From NCBI GenBank assembly GCA_031422255.1, contig JANOQG010000062.1, positions 12,032-36,031 of the forward strand: a DNA stretch of 24,000 nt, read 5' to 3'. The first letter of the stretch is position 1, and every line of letters starts with the position of its first letter. Of the stretch, positions 1 through 7,819 are shown in pieces. Origin of the DNA: Actinomycetes bacterium (GTDB lineage Bacteria > Actinomycetota > Acidimicrobiia > Acidimicrobiales > VFJN01). The translations under genes were made by a program, and so were the position numbers. Below the pieces are notes generated by a model. That model made no database searches, was not told where the DNA came from, and worked only from the letters and a program-made list of their open reading frames with translations.

Positions 1-305
1 ACGCAAACGGCTGGCTCACCATCGGGTACATCACGGTGATCAACGGGCTCCTCGGCCACTACCTCATGGCCTTCGCCCACGGCCACGTGTCGCTGCTGAC
101 GATGTCGCTGCTCACGTTGGGCATTCCGGTGATCGCCGCTGCTACGGCGGCTGCGTGGATCGATGAGCCGCTCAGCGCGATCCAGATCGCTGGTATGGCC
201 GTGGTGCTGGCCGCCCTTTCGGTGGTGTCGCTGAGCTCCGCTCGTCATCGGCCCGAGCTCGTGGAAGCGGACCTCGAGGCGATGGAAGCCGCACCGCATC
301 CGTAG
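1..305 (+). CDS. EamA/DMT-family transporter, C-terminal fragment (5' end lies upstream of the window)
   Basis: Frame 3 is open from the window edge (ANGWLTIGYITVINGLLGHY...) to TAG 303-305. It has hydrophobic helices and the EamA-like C-terminal pattern AAAWIDEPLSAIQIAGMAVVLAALSVV. Third positions are G/C-rich. Confidence 0.6.
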   Translation, partial: ANGWLTIGYITVINGLLGHYLMAFAHGHVSLLTMSLLTLGIPVIAAATAAAWIDEPLSAIQIAGMAVVLAALSVVSLSSARHRPELVEADLEAMEAAPHP

Positions 306-307
306 GC

Positions 308-778
308 TTGCTCGCCATGGACCTTCCCGTGATGCTGCGCGAGTCGCTCGAGCTGCAGATTCTCGATCAGGAGCCCGAACGGGCCGCCACCACGATCGGC
401 GAGGCAGTCGCCGAGCACGGCGCGGCCGTCGTCGCAGGGGTCTTGCTCGAGGCTACCGCCGTCGCATTCCGCCGCATGGTGAGCATCACCGATGAGTCGC
501 TCGACCTGGCGGAGCTTGTGTCGACCCTCGCCATCGACGGCGCGATCCCAGACCATCGCATCGAGCTGCTGAGTGAGATCCTCACCGCTGCGGCTGCCAC
601 CGCTGGCGGCATCCGCCCGTCGGTAGACGCCCTGCTCACGCGCCTCGGTGATCAGGATCTCCTCTTCGGCTCATGGCTCGGCTTGCTCACCGGACTGCGC
701 GTGGCGTCGCTCGCCATCGAGGTCACCGAACCAGAGATCCTCGAGGACATCCTCCTCGCCTTCGAGCTCGACGTCTGA
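308..778 (+). CDS. hypothetical acidic, helix-rich protein (no recognisable domain)
   Basis: The ORF shows consistent G/C third-position bias. It begins 2 nt after the upstream stop (TTG 308, or ATG 317). It is Asp/Glu/Leu/Ala-rich and I recognise no motif. The start is uncertain. Confidence 0.5.
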   Translation: MLAMDLPVMLRESLELQILDQEPERAATTIGEAVAEHGAAVVAGVLLEATAVAFRRMVSITDESLDLAELVSTLAIDGAIPDHRIELLSEILTAAAATAGGIRPSVDALLTRLGDQDLLFGSWLGLLTGLRVASLAIEVTEPEILEDILLAFELDV

Positions 779-876
779 GGCGCTCGCGAACGGTCGCCGG
801 CTCCTTCGACGGACCTGGATCGGCGCGCCTAGATTCCGACGGGTCGTCAGGTCGAACGGGTGGGGGTTGGCACAGC

Positions 877-2430
877 ATGTCGAACGGGGACGGAGTGAGC
901 CTCTGGCAGCTCGTCGAGCGCCGAGCGGAGGACAACCCGGACGCCTTGGCCGCTGTCGACGAGGACGGCCGCACGCTCACCTGGAGTGAGGTGAAGACGG
1001 CGGCCGAACGGGCTGCGGCAGGGTTTCAGCGCCTCGGCATCGCGGCCGGCGACGTCGTGTCGTGGCAGCTGCCCACCTGGCTCGAGTCGAAGATCCTTGT
1101 GCTCGCGCTGGCGCGCCTCGGCGCGATTCAGAATCCGATGCTGCCGATCTACCGCGAGCGCGAGGTCGGGTTCATCACGCGGCAGGCGAAGGCCAAGCTG
1201 CTCGTGGTCCCTTCGCAGTGGGCGGGGTTCGACTTCGAGGCCATGGCCACGGGCATCGCCGATGCCACCAACTCCGAGGGTGGGTCGCTCGCAGTGCTGG
1301 TGGCCGACAAGGCGCTGCCACAGGGAGATCCCGCCACGCTCCCCCCGCCGCCCGACCCGAACGACGACGTCGTGCGTTGGTACTTCTACACCTCGGGCAC
1401 CACTGCTGATCCGAAGGGCGCCCAGCACACCGACCGCACGATCCTCGCGAGTGCGCTCGGCATGAACGAACGCATGGCCGTCACGGCCGCGGATCGCAAC
1501 GCCGTCGTGTTCCCGTTCACCCACATCGGTGGCATCGGCTGGCTGTTCAGCGCGCTCGCAGTCGGGTTTCCCACCGTGTACATCGAGCGCTTCGACCCGG
1601 CCAAGACGATCGCGCTCATCCAGGAGCACGAAGTGACGATGGCCGGAGCAGGCACGCCGTTCCACATGGCTTACCTCGCGGCGCAGCGACTGCTGCCGGA
1701 GGGCGAGCGGCTCTTCCCGAGCGTGCGCATCTACTGCGGAGGCGGGGCGCCCAAGCCGCCTCAGCTTCATTACGACGTCAAAGCCGAGATGGGTGGCGTT
1801 GGCATCGTGTCGGGCTATGGCCTCACCGAGGCTCCGATCATCGCAATGGGAAGCGTCACCGACTCCGATGAGCAGCTCGCTCACACCGAGGGCAAGGCCG
1901 CCGGCACCACGCAGCTGCGGACGGTCACGCTCGAGGGCAAGGAAGCCGGTATCGGCGAGGAAGGGGAGATCCGCGCCAAAGCCCCGCAGATGATGAAGGG
2001 CTACCTCGACGCATCGCTTGATGCTGAAGCCTTCGACGAGGACGGCTGGTTCAAGACCGGCGACCTCGGCAAGATCGACGCCGACGGCATGGTGACGATC
2101 ACGGGCCGCGTGAAGGACATCATCATCCGGAACATGGAGAACATCTCCGCCAAGGAGGTGGAGGACATCTTGTTCGGCCACCCCGATGTCGCTGACGTGG
2201 CCGTGATCGGCGTGCCCGACTCGAAGACGGGTGAGCGGGTGTGCGCGGTGATCGTGCCAAAGGATCCGGCCGCGCCGCTCACCTTTGAGGCGATGGTGGC
2301 GTTCTGCCGCGAGCAGAACCTGATGACGCAGAAGCTCCCGGAGCGTCTCGAGATCGTCGAGCTCCTCCCGCGAAACCCCACCGGCAAGGTGCTGAAGTTC
2401 GAGCTCCGCGACCGCTTCGGCGCGAGCTGA
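877..2430 (+). CDS. AMP-dependent acyl-CoA synthetase/ligase (FadD-like)
   Basis: This is part of ORF 673..2430, whose first 68 codons form an Arg/Pro-rich extension. ATG 877 is preceded by the G-rich SD-like gggtggggg. Adenylate-forming signatures are present: YTSGTTADPKG, GYGLTE, TGDLGKIDADGMVTITGRVKD. Confidence 0.9.
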   Translation: MSNGDGVSLWQLVERRAEDNPDALAAVDEDGRTLTWSEVKTAAERAAAGFQRLGIAAGDVVSWQLPTWLESKILVLALARLGAIQNPMLPIYREREVGFITRQAKAKLLVVPSQWAGFDFEAMATGIADATNSEGGSLAVLVADKALPQGDPATLPPPPDPNDDVVRWYFYTSGTTADPKGAQHTDRTILASALGMNERMAVTAADRNAVVFPFTHIGGIGWLFSALAVGFPTVYIERFDPAKTIALIQEHEVTMAGAGTPFHMAYLAAQRLLPEGERLFPSVRIYCGGGAPKPPQLHYDVKAEMGGVGIVSGYGLTEAPIIAMGSVTDSDEQLAHTEGKAAGTTQLRTVTLEGKEAGIGEEGEIRAKAPQMMKGYLDASLDAEAFDEDGWFKTGDLGKIDADGMVTITGRVKDIIIRNMENISAKEVEDILFGHPDVADVAVIGVPDSKTGERVCAVIVPKDPAAPLTFEAMVAFCREQNLMTQKLPERLEIVELLPRNPTGKVLKFELRDRFGAS

Positions 2431-2455
2431 CCCCCCCAAGGAAGAAGGAACTCCA

Positions 2456-3370
2456 GTGGCTCTACTCTCTGGCAAGGTCGCGATCGTCACGGGCGCCGGG
2501 CATGGAATCGGACGGGCGCACGCGCTTGAGCTGGCCAAGCACGGCGCAAGCGTCGTGGTCAACGATCTCGGCACCTCGGTGACGGGTGACGGCGCCGACG
2601 AGAAGGCTGCCGATCTCACCGTCGAGCTCATCGTGCAGCGGGGCGGTATGGCTGCGGCGAACTACGACGACGTGTCCGACTTTGCTGGGGCCGGCCGCAT
2701 GGTCGCGCAGGCGATTGACACCTACGGGAAGCTCGACGTGCTCGTGAACAACGCCGGCATCGTGCGCGACACCGCGATCTGGAACATGAGCGAGGCCGAC
2801 TTCGACTCCGTGATCAAGGTGCACGTGAAGGGCACGTGGGCTCCGTCGCATCACGCCGCAAAGCACTGGCGGGATCGTGCCAAGGCTGGAGAGGTCTTCA
2901 TGGGACGCGTGATCAACACCACCTCCGGCGCGGGCCTGGTCGGCAACTTCGGCCAGACCAACTACGCCACGGCGAAGGCGGGCATCGCAGGGTTCACGCA
3001 GACGCTGTCGCTGGAGCTCTACAAGCTGGGTGTCACCGTGAACGCAGTGGGTCCGGCGGCCGCCACGCGCATCACGGGCACGATGCCCGGCGCTCCAGCC
3101 GTGATCGAGGCCGACGACGTGCCCGACGATGAGTGGAATCGCATGGATCCTGCTGTGTCGTCGCCGCTCGTGGCTTGGCTGGCGTCGGATGAGAGCCAGC
3201 ACGTCACCGGACAGGTGATTCGAGCCGTCGCCGAGGACATCGTGTGGATGGAGGGGTGGAGCGAAGGCGCCAAGGTCTCCAACGGCGGGCGGCGCTGGGA
3301 CGCCGAGAAGCTCGGCACGCAGCTCGCCACCGACCTCTTCAAGACCCGCGCTCCCGGCCTGCGCTACTGA
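2456..3370 (+). CDS. short-chain dehydrogenase/reductase, MFE-2/Hsd4A-like (probable 3-hydroxyacyl-CoA dehydrogenase)
   Basis: GTG start at 2456 with aaggaagaagga SD upstream. It has the TGAGHGIGRAHA Rossmann motif, NNAG, and the catalytic YATAKAG (YxxxK). The N-terminal pattern LSGKVAIVTGAG...VVVNDLG is typical of the MFE-2-type SDR subgroup. Confidence 0.88.
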   Translation: MALLSGKVAIVTGAGHGIGRAHALELAKHGASVVVNDLGTSVTGDGADEKAADLTVELIVQRGGMAAANYDDVSDFAGAGRMVAQAIDTYGKLDVLVNNAGIVRDTAIWNMSEADFDSVIKVHVKGTWAPSHHAAKHWRDRAKAGEVFMGRVINTTSGAGLVGNFGQTNYATAKAGIAGFTQTLSLELYKLGVTVNAVGPAAATRITGTMPGAPAVIEADDVPDDEWNRMDPAVSSPLVAWLASDESQHVTGQVIRAVAEDIVWMEGWSEGAKVSNGGRRWDAEKLGTQLATDLFKTRAPGLRY

Positions 3371-3380
3371 CCACGAGCTC

Positions 3381-4028
3381 ATGAGCTCGCTGGGGATCTT
3401 GGTGGGTCCCGGCGTGGTTCAGGCCGGATGCGTGGACGGACTCCAGGCCTTCGCCCGGCGAGTGAGCTGCGGCGTGGTGAACACGTGGGGCGCCAAAGGG
3501 GTGTTCCGTTGGGACGATCCGTTGCACTTCGGCACGGCCGGGCTCCAGGCCCGTGACTTCGAGCTCGCCGGTCTCGGAGCGGTGGATCTGCTCGTGACGA
3601 GCGGTCTGGATCCTGACGAGGTGACGTCTGCTCCGTGGGAGGGTCGGGCAGAGGTGGTCGATGTGCCGCCGGAGGAGCTGGGCACGTTCACCGGCACGCT
3701 TCCCGTGGGGACGACGGAACGCCCAGCGCTCTACACGGATCTCGCGGCCGTCGTAGGACCCCTGTACGACCAGCCCAACTCGCCTCCGGCTCGCGCCGCG
3801 AGGTTGGCCGCTGCTCTCCCGGACGACGGCGTTCTGGTCGCTCGCCCGGGCCTCGTGGGCTTCTGGATCGCTCGCACGTTTCCGACATCACGCCCTGGCA
3901 GCGTGGCGATCACCCGGTCAGGAACGGTCACGTCCGCCGACGAGGACTGGGCCGATGTCGATCTCGATCCGAGCGCCCTCGTTGCCGTCGCGGGCCCGAT
4001 CGTTGCGTGGGGCGGGATCAACGGCTGA
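3381..4028 (+). CDS. stand-alone ThDP-enzyme central (TPP_enzyme_M-like) domain protein, lacking the PYR domain and the ThDP/Mg motif
   Basis: LGILVGPGVVQAG..DGLQAFARRVSCGVVNTWGAKGVFRWDDPLHFGTAGLQARDFELAGLGAVDLLVTSGLD matches the acetolactate-synthase-type middle-domain pattern. LPDDGVLVARPGLVGFWIAR resembles only the entry of the PP domain, and no GDG...NN motif follows. The coding bias is intact. The 3' end overlaps the convergent kinase gene by 11 nt. Confidence 0.5.
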   Translation: MSSLGILVGPGVVQAGCVDGLQAFARRVSCGVVNTWGAKGVFRWDDPLHFGTAGLQARDFELAGLGAVDLLVTSGLDPDEVTSAPWEGRAEVVDVPPEELGTFTGTLPVGTTERPALYTDLAAVVGPLYDQPNSPPARAARLAAALPDDGVLVARPGLVGFWIARTFPTSRPGSVAITRSGTVTSADEDWADVDLDPSALVAVAGPIVAWGGING

Positions 4029-5349
4029 CGGGGATCGTCAGGATCAGGCGGGCGCCGCCCGTGTGGTGGGCATCCACGACGAGCGTCCCACCGTGCTGCA
4101 CCGCGATCTCTCGGGCGATGGCGAGGCCGAGCCCGGTGCCGCCGGTGCCCGCTCGACGAGCGTCGTCCACCCGAGCGAACCGCTCGAACACCCGCTCCAG
4201 CTGAGCCGGCGGGATGCCGGGACCGTCGTCAGTGACAGTCACGACGGCGTCGCCGTCGCGTTCTGAGCAGGCGAGCCACACCTGAGACGTAGCGTGGCGA
4301 ACGGCATTGTCGATCAGATTGGCAACCGACCGGGTGAGCGCGCCTTGGTCGCCGAGAACCTGGGCGGCCCCGACGCCGGATGTGTCGATGGCGCGATCTG
4401 CCGCACGCAACTGACGGGCCAGCTTGAGCACGACGTCATCCAGGTCGACCGGCTCCGAGCGGGTGATCGTGGGGGCGTCGGCATCGCGGCGGGCTAGGCG
4501 CAGCAGGTCGTCGACGAGCTGCTGGAGGCCCACGGCCTCTTCCAGGATGCTGCGGTGGGTCGCGAGGAGATCGGCGTCGGCGGGATGCGCCAGATCCACC
4601 TCGAGCTCAGAGCGGATGCGCGTGAGGGGGCTGCGCAGCTCGTGTGAGGCATCGGCGACGAAGCGCTCCTGACGCCGCGCCGATTCGTCGAGGCGTTCGA
4701 GCATGTCGTTCATCGTCCCGGCCAGGCGGGCGATCTCATCGCCGGTGGGCGGTTCTGGCACTCGTCGGTGCAGGTCGTGTCCACCGATGTCGGCTACCTC
4801 GGACCGGATGTTCTCGACGGGCCGCAGCGTTCGACCGACGAGCCACCAGATGAGAAGGCCGAGGAGTACGACGAGGCTCGGCACGGCGACGGCCAGCGCC
4901 TTCACGAGGACGTGAGTGCTCTCCCGCACATCGCCGAGGCTGCCGCCGACGTGGATCACGCTCAGCCCCTCGGGCCCATCGACCGATCGAGAGGCGAGGC
5001 GTCGAGGTTCGTCGCCGACGACCTGGAGGTCGCGGTGCCGGGTGGTCGCGGTGGGAGTGCCGCTCAGGGGACCGCGGCCGGAGAGGTTGGCGCTGGCGGC
5101 GATCACCTCGCCGCCTCGCACGACCTGTCCGATCGCGTCGTCGTCGCCGAGACTGGTGAGCACCGTGGGCAGATTGCCGGCCGTCACCAGCGCCTCGACC
5201 TCATCGATCTCCTGCTCCAGGGACTCATCAAGGTTCTGCGTCAGGAGCCGGCGCTGTGCCGAGGCGATTGCGAAGCCTGCGACGAGCAGGACCGCGAGCA
5301 CCACGAGCACCGCGGTGGCGGTGATGCGAAAGCGAATGCTGCGGGTCAC
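4018..5349 (-). CDS. sensor histidine kinase (2 TM helices, HAMP, HisKA, HATPase_c)
   Basis: Two TM segments are present (ITATAVLVVLAVLLVAGFAIA and AVAVPSLVVLLGLLIWWLVG). It has the H-box FVADASHELRSPLTRI, N-box DNAVRHA, G1 DDGPGIP and G2 GTGLGLAIA. The GTG start overlaps the stop of the upstream regulator gene (GTGA). Confidence 0.92.
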   Translation of the reverse strand: MTRSIRFRITATAVLVVLAVLLVAGFAIASAQRRLLTQNLDESLEQEIDEVEALVTAGNLPTVLTSLGDDDAIGQVVRGGEVIAASANLSGRGPLSGTPTATTRHRDLQVVGDEPRRLASRSVDGPEGLSVIHVGGSLGDVRESTHVLVKALAVAVPSLVVLLGLLIWWLVGRTLRPVENIRSEVADIGGHDLHRRVPEPPTGDEIARLAGTMNDMLERLDESARRQERFVADASHELRSPLTRIRSELEVDLAHPADADLLATHRSILEEAVGLQQLVDDLLRLARRDADAPTITRSEPVDLDDVVLKLARQLRAADRAIDTSGVGAAQVLGDQGALTRSVANLIDNAVRHATSQVWLACSERDGDAVVTVTDDGPGIPPAQLERVFERFARVDDARRAGTGGTGLGLAIAREIAVQHGGTLVVDAHHTGGARLILTIPVSR

Positions 5350-6017
5350 TCGGCGTCGATCCGGTAGCCGGCACCGCGAACCGTCTGGATGCTCTGCTCC
5401 CCGAACGGGTCATCGACCTTGCGCCGGAGGCGACCTACGTACACCTCGACGATGTTGGGATCGCCGTCAAAGTCGTAGTCCCACACGCCGGCGAGGATGT
5501 CGTACTTGCTCAGCACCTGGCCCGGGCGGCGCACGAGGTGGTGCAGGACCTCAAACTCGCGGGCGGTGAGGGCGATCTCGACTTCCCCCCGCCACACCCG
5601 TCTGGATGCCGGATCGATCCGGAGGGTCCCCACGGACATCGGGCTGGTCTGGCGTCCCGCGCTTCGGCGGAGGAGGGCATGCACCCGCGCCACGAGGACG
5701 GGAAAGGAAAATGGCTTCGTGAGGTAGTCGTCCGCCCCCGAGTCGAGGGCCTCTGCTTCGTCGAGGTCGCCGTCCTTCGCCGTGAGCATCAGGATCGGGG
5801 TCCAATCGCCTGCTTCGCGAAGGTCGGCGCAGATCTGAAAGCCGTTGCGGCCCGGCAGCATGATGTCGAGAATCAACAGGTCGTAGGTGCCTTCAGTCGC
5901 GCGCCAGAGGCCGTCGTCCCCGTCGAGCGACACCTCCACATGCATGCCCTCAGCTTCGAGCCCGCGGCGTACCGCGGCGGCGATCTTGCGGTCGTCCTCC
6001 ACCAGCAGCAGCTTCAT
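5346..6017 (-). CDS. OmpR/PhoB-family response regulator
   Basis: The receiver domain reads MKLLLVEDD...LLILDIMLPG...LMLTAKD...ADDYLTKPF. The winged-helix output reads LTAREFEVLHHL...VEVYVGRLRRKVD...IQTVRGAGYRI. There is a 4-nt translational-coupling overlap with the kinase gene. Confidence 0.93.
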   Translation of the reverse strand: MKLLLVEDDRKIAAAVRRGLEAEGMHVEVSLDGDDGLWRATEGTYDLLILDIMLPGRNGFQICADLREAGDWTPILMLTAKDGDLDEAEALDSGADDYLTKPFSFPVLVARVHALLRRSAGRQTSPMSVGTLRIDPASRRVWRGEVEIALTAREFEVLHHLVRRPGQVLSKYDILAGVWDYDFDGDPNIVEVYVGRLRRKVDDPFGEQSIQTVRGAGYRIDAE

Positions 6018-6067
6018 TGGCGCCCCAGTCGGTTCTGTGGGTTGGCGCTGATCGTGGCGGTCGACGC

Positions 6068-6103
6068 CTGAACGCCGACTGAATCGATTCGGCTGACGTT
6101 CAG
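6068..6103. promoter_or_regulatory. 36-bp imperfect palindrome in the divergent regulator/lipoprotein promoter region
   Basis: The sequence is CTGAACGCCGACTGAATC|GATTCGGCTGACGTTCAG. By my count 14 of 18 positions are symmetric, and the core GAATCGATTC is a perfect 10-bp palindrome. Confidence 0.35.
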
Positions 6104-6121
6104 CGGATGGTCAGCGGAGGG
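6098..6121. promoter_or_regulatory. two direct repeats with 11-bp phasing (candidate OmpR-family binding site)
   Basis: GTTCAGCGGATGG (6098-6110) and GGTCAGCGGAGGG (6109-6121) share the identical core TCAGCGGA at 6100-6107 and 6111-6118. The repeats end about 40 nt upstream of the lipoprotein GTG. Confidence 0.35.
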
Positions 6122-6161
6122 AGCACAGGCTCAGCACACCGACAACTGCGAGAGGTGCTCA

Positions 6162-6983
6162 GTGAACCGACCCTATGTTCCGCAATCATGTTCCCTTCGG
6201 AGCCGCTACGCCGCCATCTTGGTGAGCATGACGCTGGTGGGCGCCACCGCGTGCGGCTCCAGCGATCCCACAACCACGGCCACGACGGCGTCGTCGACCA
6301 CGGTGTCGGCTCCCGTCGAGGCGATCGTCGACCCGGGCGACGGTGGTGACTACCGCCCCCAGCTCGACCCCGCGAACTTCGTCGAGGGGATCGACAACCC
6401 GTACCTGCCTCTGACCCCTGGCTCGCGCTGGGTCTACGCGGGGGACAGCAAAGGAGAGCCTGAGGACATCGTCGTCGTGGTCACGGACCAGACCCGGGTC
6501 ATCGAGGGCATCACGGCCGTGGTCGTACGGGACACGGTGCATGTGGGAGGCCTCCTGGTGGAGGACACCTTCGACTGGTTTGCCCAGGATCGGGAAGGGA
6601 ACGTCTGGTACCTCGGTGAGGACTCCAGCGAGATCGGTCCGGACGGCGAGGTCCTGAACAAGGATGGTTCTTGGGAGTACGGCAAGAACGGGGCGTTGCC
6701 GGGAATCGTGATGCCGGCGATCCCTCGCGTTGGCGACGCGTTCCGACAGGAGTACCAGAGGGGCATCGCGGAGGACATGGCGGAGGTGCTCCGGATTGAA
6801 CCGGCGCACTCCATCGGCCTCGGCGACTACGCCGATGTGGTCGTGACCGAGGACTGGACCCCGCTCGAGCCGGATGTGGTGGAGAACAAGTGGTACGCCC
6901 CGGGCATCGGGAAGATCTACGGCACCCACGAGAGCGGCCCGCCAGGCACGATCGAGCTCGTCGAGTTCACCCCCGGGAGCTAG
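6162..6983 (+). CDS. secreted lipoprotein of unknown function
   Basis: GTG 6162 has the SD-like gagagg 6 nt upstream. The signal peptide has a positively charged n-region and the h-region AAILVSMTLVGATA followed by Cys (lipobox-like), then a Ser/Thr-rich linker. The mature part is beta-rich (NPYLPLTPGSRWVYAG...WYLGED...) with no family I can name. Confidence 0.7.
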   Translation: MNRPYVPQSCSLRSRYAAILVSMTLVGATACGSSDPTTTATTASSTTVSAPVEAIVDPGDGGDYRPQLDPANFVEGIDNPYLPLTPGSRWVYAGDSKGEPEDIVVVVTDQTRVIEGITAVVVRDTVHVGGLLVEDTFDWFAQDREGNVWYLGEDSSEIGPDGEVLNKDGSWEYGKNGALPGIVMPAIPRVGDAFRQEYQRGIAEDMAEVLRIEPAHSIGLGDYADVVVTEDWTPLEPDVVENKWYAPGIGKIYGTHESGPPGTIELVEFTPGS

Positions 6984-7001
6984 GCAGGCGACCTTGCGCG
7001 C

Positions 7002-7039
7002 GAGCCGGCCCCCTGGCGGGGGGTCCAGGGGGCCGGCTC
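7002..7039. terminator. bidirectional intrinsic-terminator-like hairpin between convergent genes
   Basis: GAGCCGGCCCCCTGG (7002-7016) and CCAGGGGGCCGGCTC (7025-7039) are perfect 15-bp inverted arms around an 8-nt loop. The hairpin lies between the lipoprotein stop (6983) and the rpf stop (7065). There is no clear U-tract. Confidence 0.55.
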
Positions 7040-7064
7040 AGATCTGTGGATCGCGCAGGGACCG

Positions 7065-7667
7065 CTAGCGGTAGCCGAGCTGCAGGGTGCAGGAAGGCCA
7101 GTGCTTCCAGCCGCCCGCGTTGTAGAGCCGTTGACCCATGGCGATCTGCGTTTCGCGGCTGGCCTGGTCCGGGCGGCCAGGGCCGCCAACCGATTGCCAG
7201 GAGCTGAGGCTGAACTGGATCCCGCCGTAGTAGCCGTTGCCCGTGTTGATGGCCCAGTTGCCGCCGGACTCGCAGCCAGCGAGGCGATCCCATGCGGCGG
7301 GGTTGCTGGGGTCGTTGTAGCCGCCGTCGGCAGCGACGAGCCGCACGACCGGGGGCGGCGGGGGAGCGGGCGGGGCGGTGGTGGGAGGCGCCACGGTTGT
7401 GGTGGGTGCCACGGTCGTGGGTACGGGGATGGCGATCGTCGCCAGCCGAGCATCGGTGGCGTGCTGGGCGCGCAGCAGGTCGAGGCGCTCAGGGGCGATC
7501 GTCGAGCTGGTGACCTCGGAGGCCAGGGTGCTGGTGCCGCCGGCGGTGGCGGTCACGAGGCCGACCGGAGCGAAGACGGCCAGGAGGACGGCGACACTGG
7601 TCGTGAGAGCTCGCCGGGGGGTGCGCGGCGAGCTGGTGGTACTCGGGGGGTGGTCCATCCCATGCAT
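7065..7667 (-). CDS. rpf: resuscitation-promoting factor (Rpf, transglycosylase-like domain) with N-terminal signal/anchor and Pro/Thr linker
   Basis: The C-terminal sequence AAWDRLAGCESGGNWAINTGNGYYGGIQFSLSSWQSVGG...DQASRETQIAMGQRLYNAGGWKHWPSC is a near-textbook Rpf domain. ATG 7667 is preceded by AGGAGG, the reverse complement of cctcct at 7678-7683. It also has the hydrophobic N-terminus SVAVLLAVFAPVGLV and the linker PVPTTVAPTTTVAPPTTAPPAPPPPP. Confidence 0.92.
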   Translation of the reverse strand: MHGMDHPPSTTSSPRTPRRALTTSVAVLLAVFAPVGLVTATAGGTSTLASEVTSSTIAPERLDLLRAQHATDARLATIAIPVPTTVAPTTTVAPPTTAPPAPPPPPVVRLVAADGGYNDPSNPAAWDRLAGCESGGNWAINTGNGYYGGIQFSLSSWQSVGGPGRPDQASRETQIAMGQRLYNAGGWKHWPSCTLQLGYR

Positions 7668-7679
7668 CGGGGGGTGCCT

Positions 7680-7806
7680 CCTGGTTGAGCTGGGACGCGC
7701 GCCGAACGAACAAGTTGATCGTCGGATTCACGGCGCCCCAGCGGCGGGCCGCGCTAGAGGCGGCTGGTGAGTTACGGAAAGGCTGGCAGTTTCGCAATGA
7801 AACTGC
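7680..7806 (-). promoter_or_regulatory. structured rpf 5' leader; possible divergent c-di-AMP (ydaO-class) riboswitch
   Basis: Read on the minus strand, the leader contains a perfect hairpin GCAGUUUC-AUUGC-GAAACUGC (7806-7786), then GGGGCGCCGUGAAUCC, a second hairpin CCGACGAUCAACUUGUUCGUUCGG, and GUCCCAGCUCAACCAGGAGG running into the SD. GUGAAUCC and CAGCU(C)AACC resemble conserved ydaO blocks. I cannot find the GGGGACCCA block. The upstream GCCUCU can pair with the SD GGAGGC. Confidence 0.3.
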
Positions 7807-7819
7807 AACATTCTGAGCA

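Noticed and set aside
673-876. N-terminal 68-codon extension of the acyl-CoA synthetase ORF
   Set aside because: It is an Arg/Pro/Gly-rich sequence that overlaps the end of the upstream gene. A conserved-looking N-terminus begins at ATG 877, which has an SD-like G-run upstream.
779-876. Recurrent TCGAACGG/TTCGACGG words and a GACG-GGT-CGTC mini-palindrome upstream of the acyl-CoA synthetase gene
   Set aside because: The arms are short (4 bp) and the words loosely similar, which is compatible with chance in GC-rich sequence. I do not think it is strong enough to report as an operator.
847-2631. 594-aa ORF antisense to the acyl-CoA synthetase gene
   Set aside because: This is a mirror ORF typical of high-GC DNA. 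Its translation is Arg/Ala/Gly/His-rich with no motifs, while the opposite strand carries unambiguous AMP-binding signatures.
2462-3382. 306-aa ORF antisense to the SDR gene
   Set aside because: It is a shadow ORF. The SDR strand has the TGxxxGIG, NNAG and YxxxK motifs.
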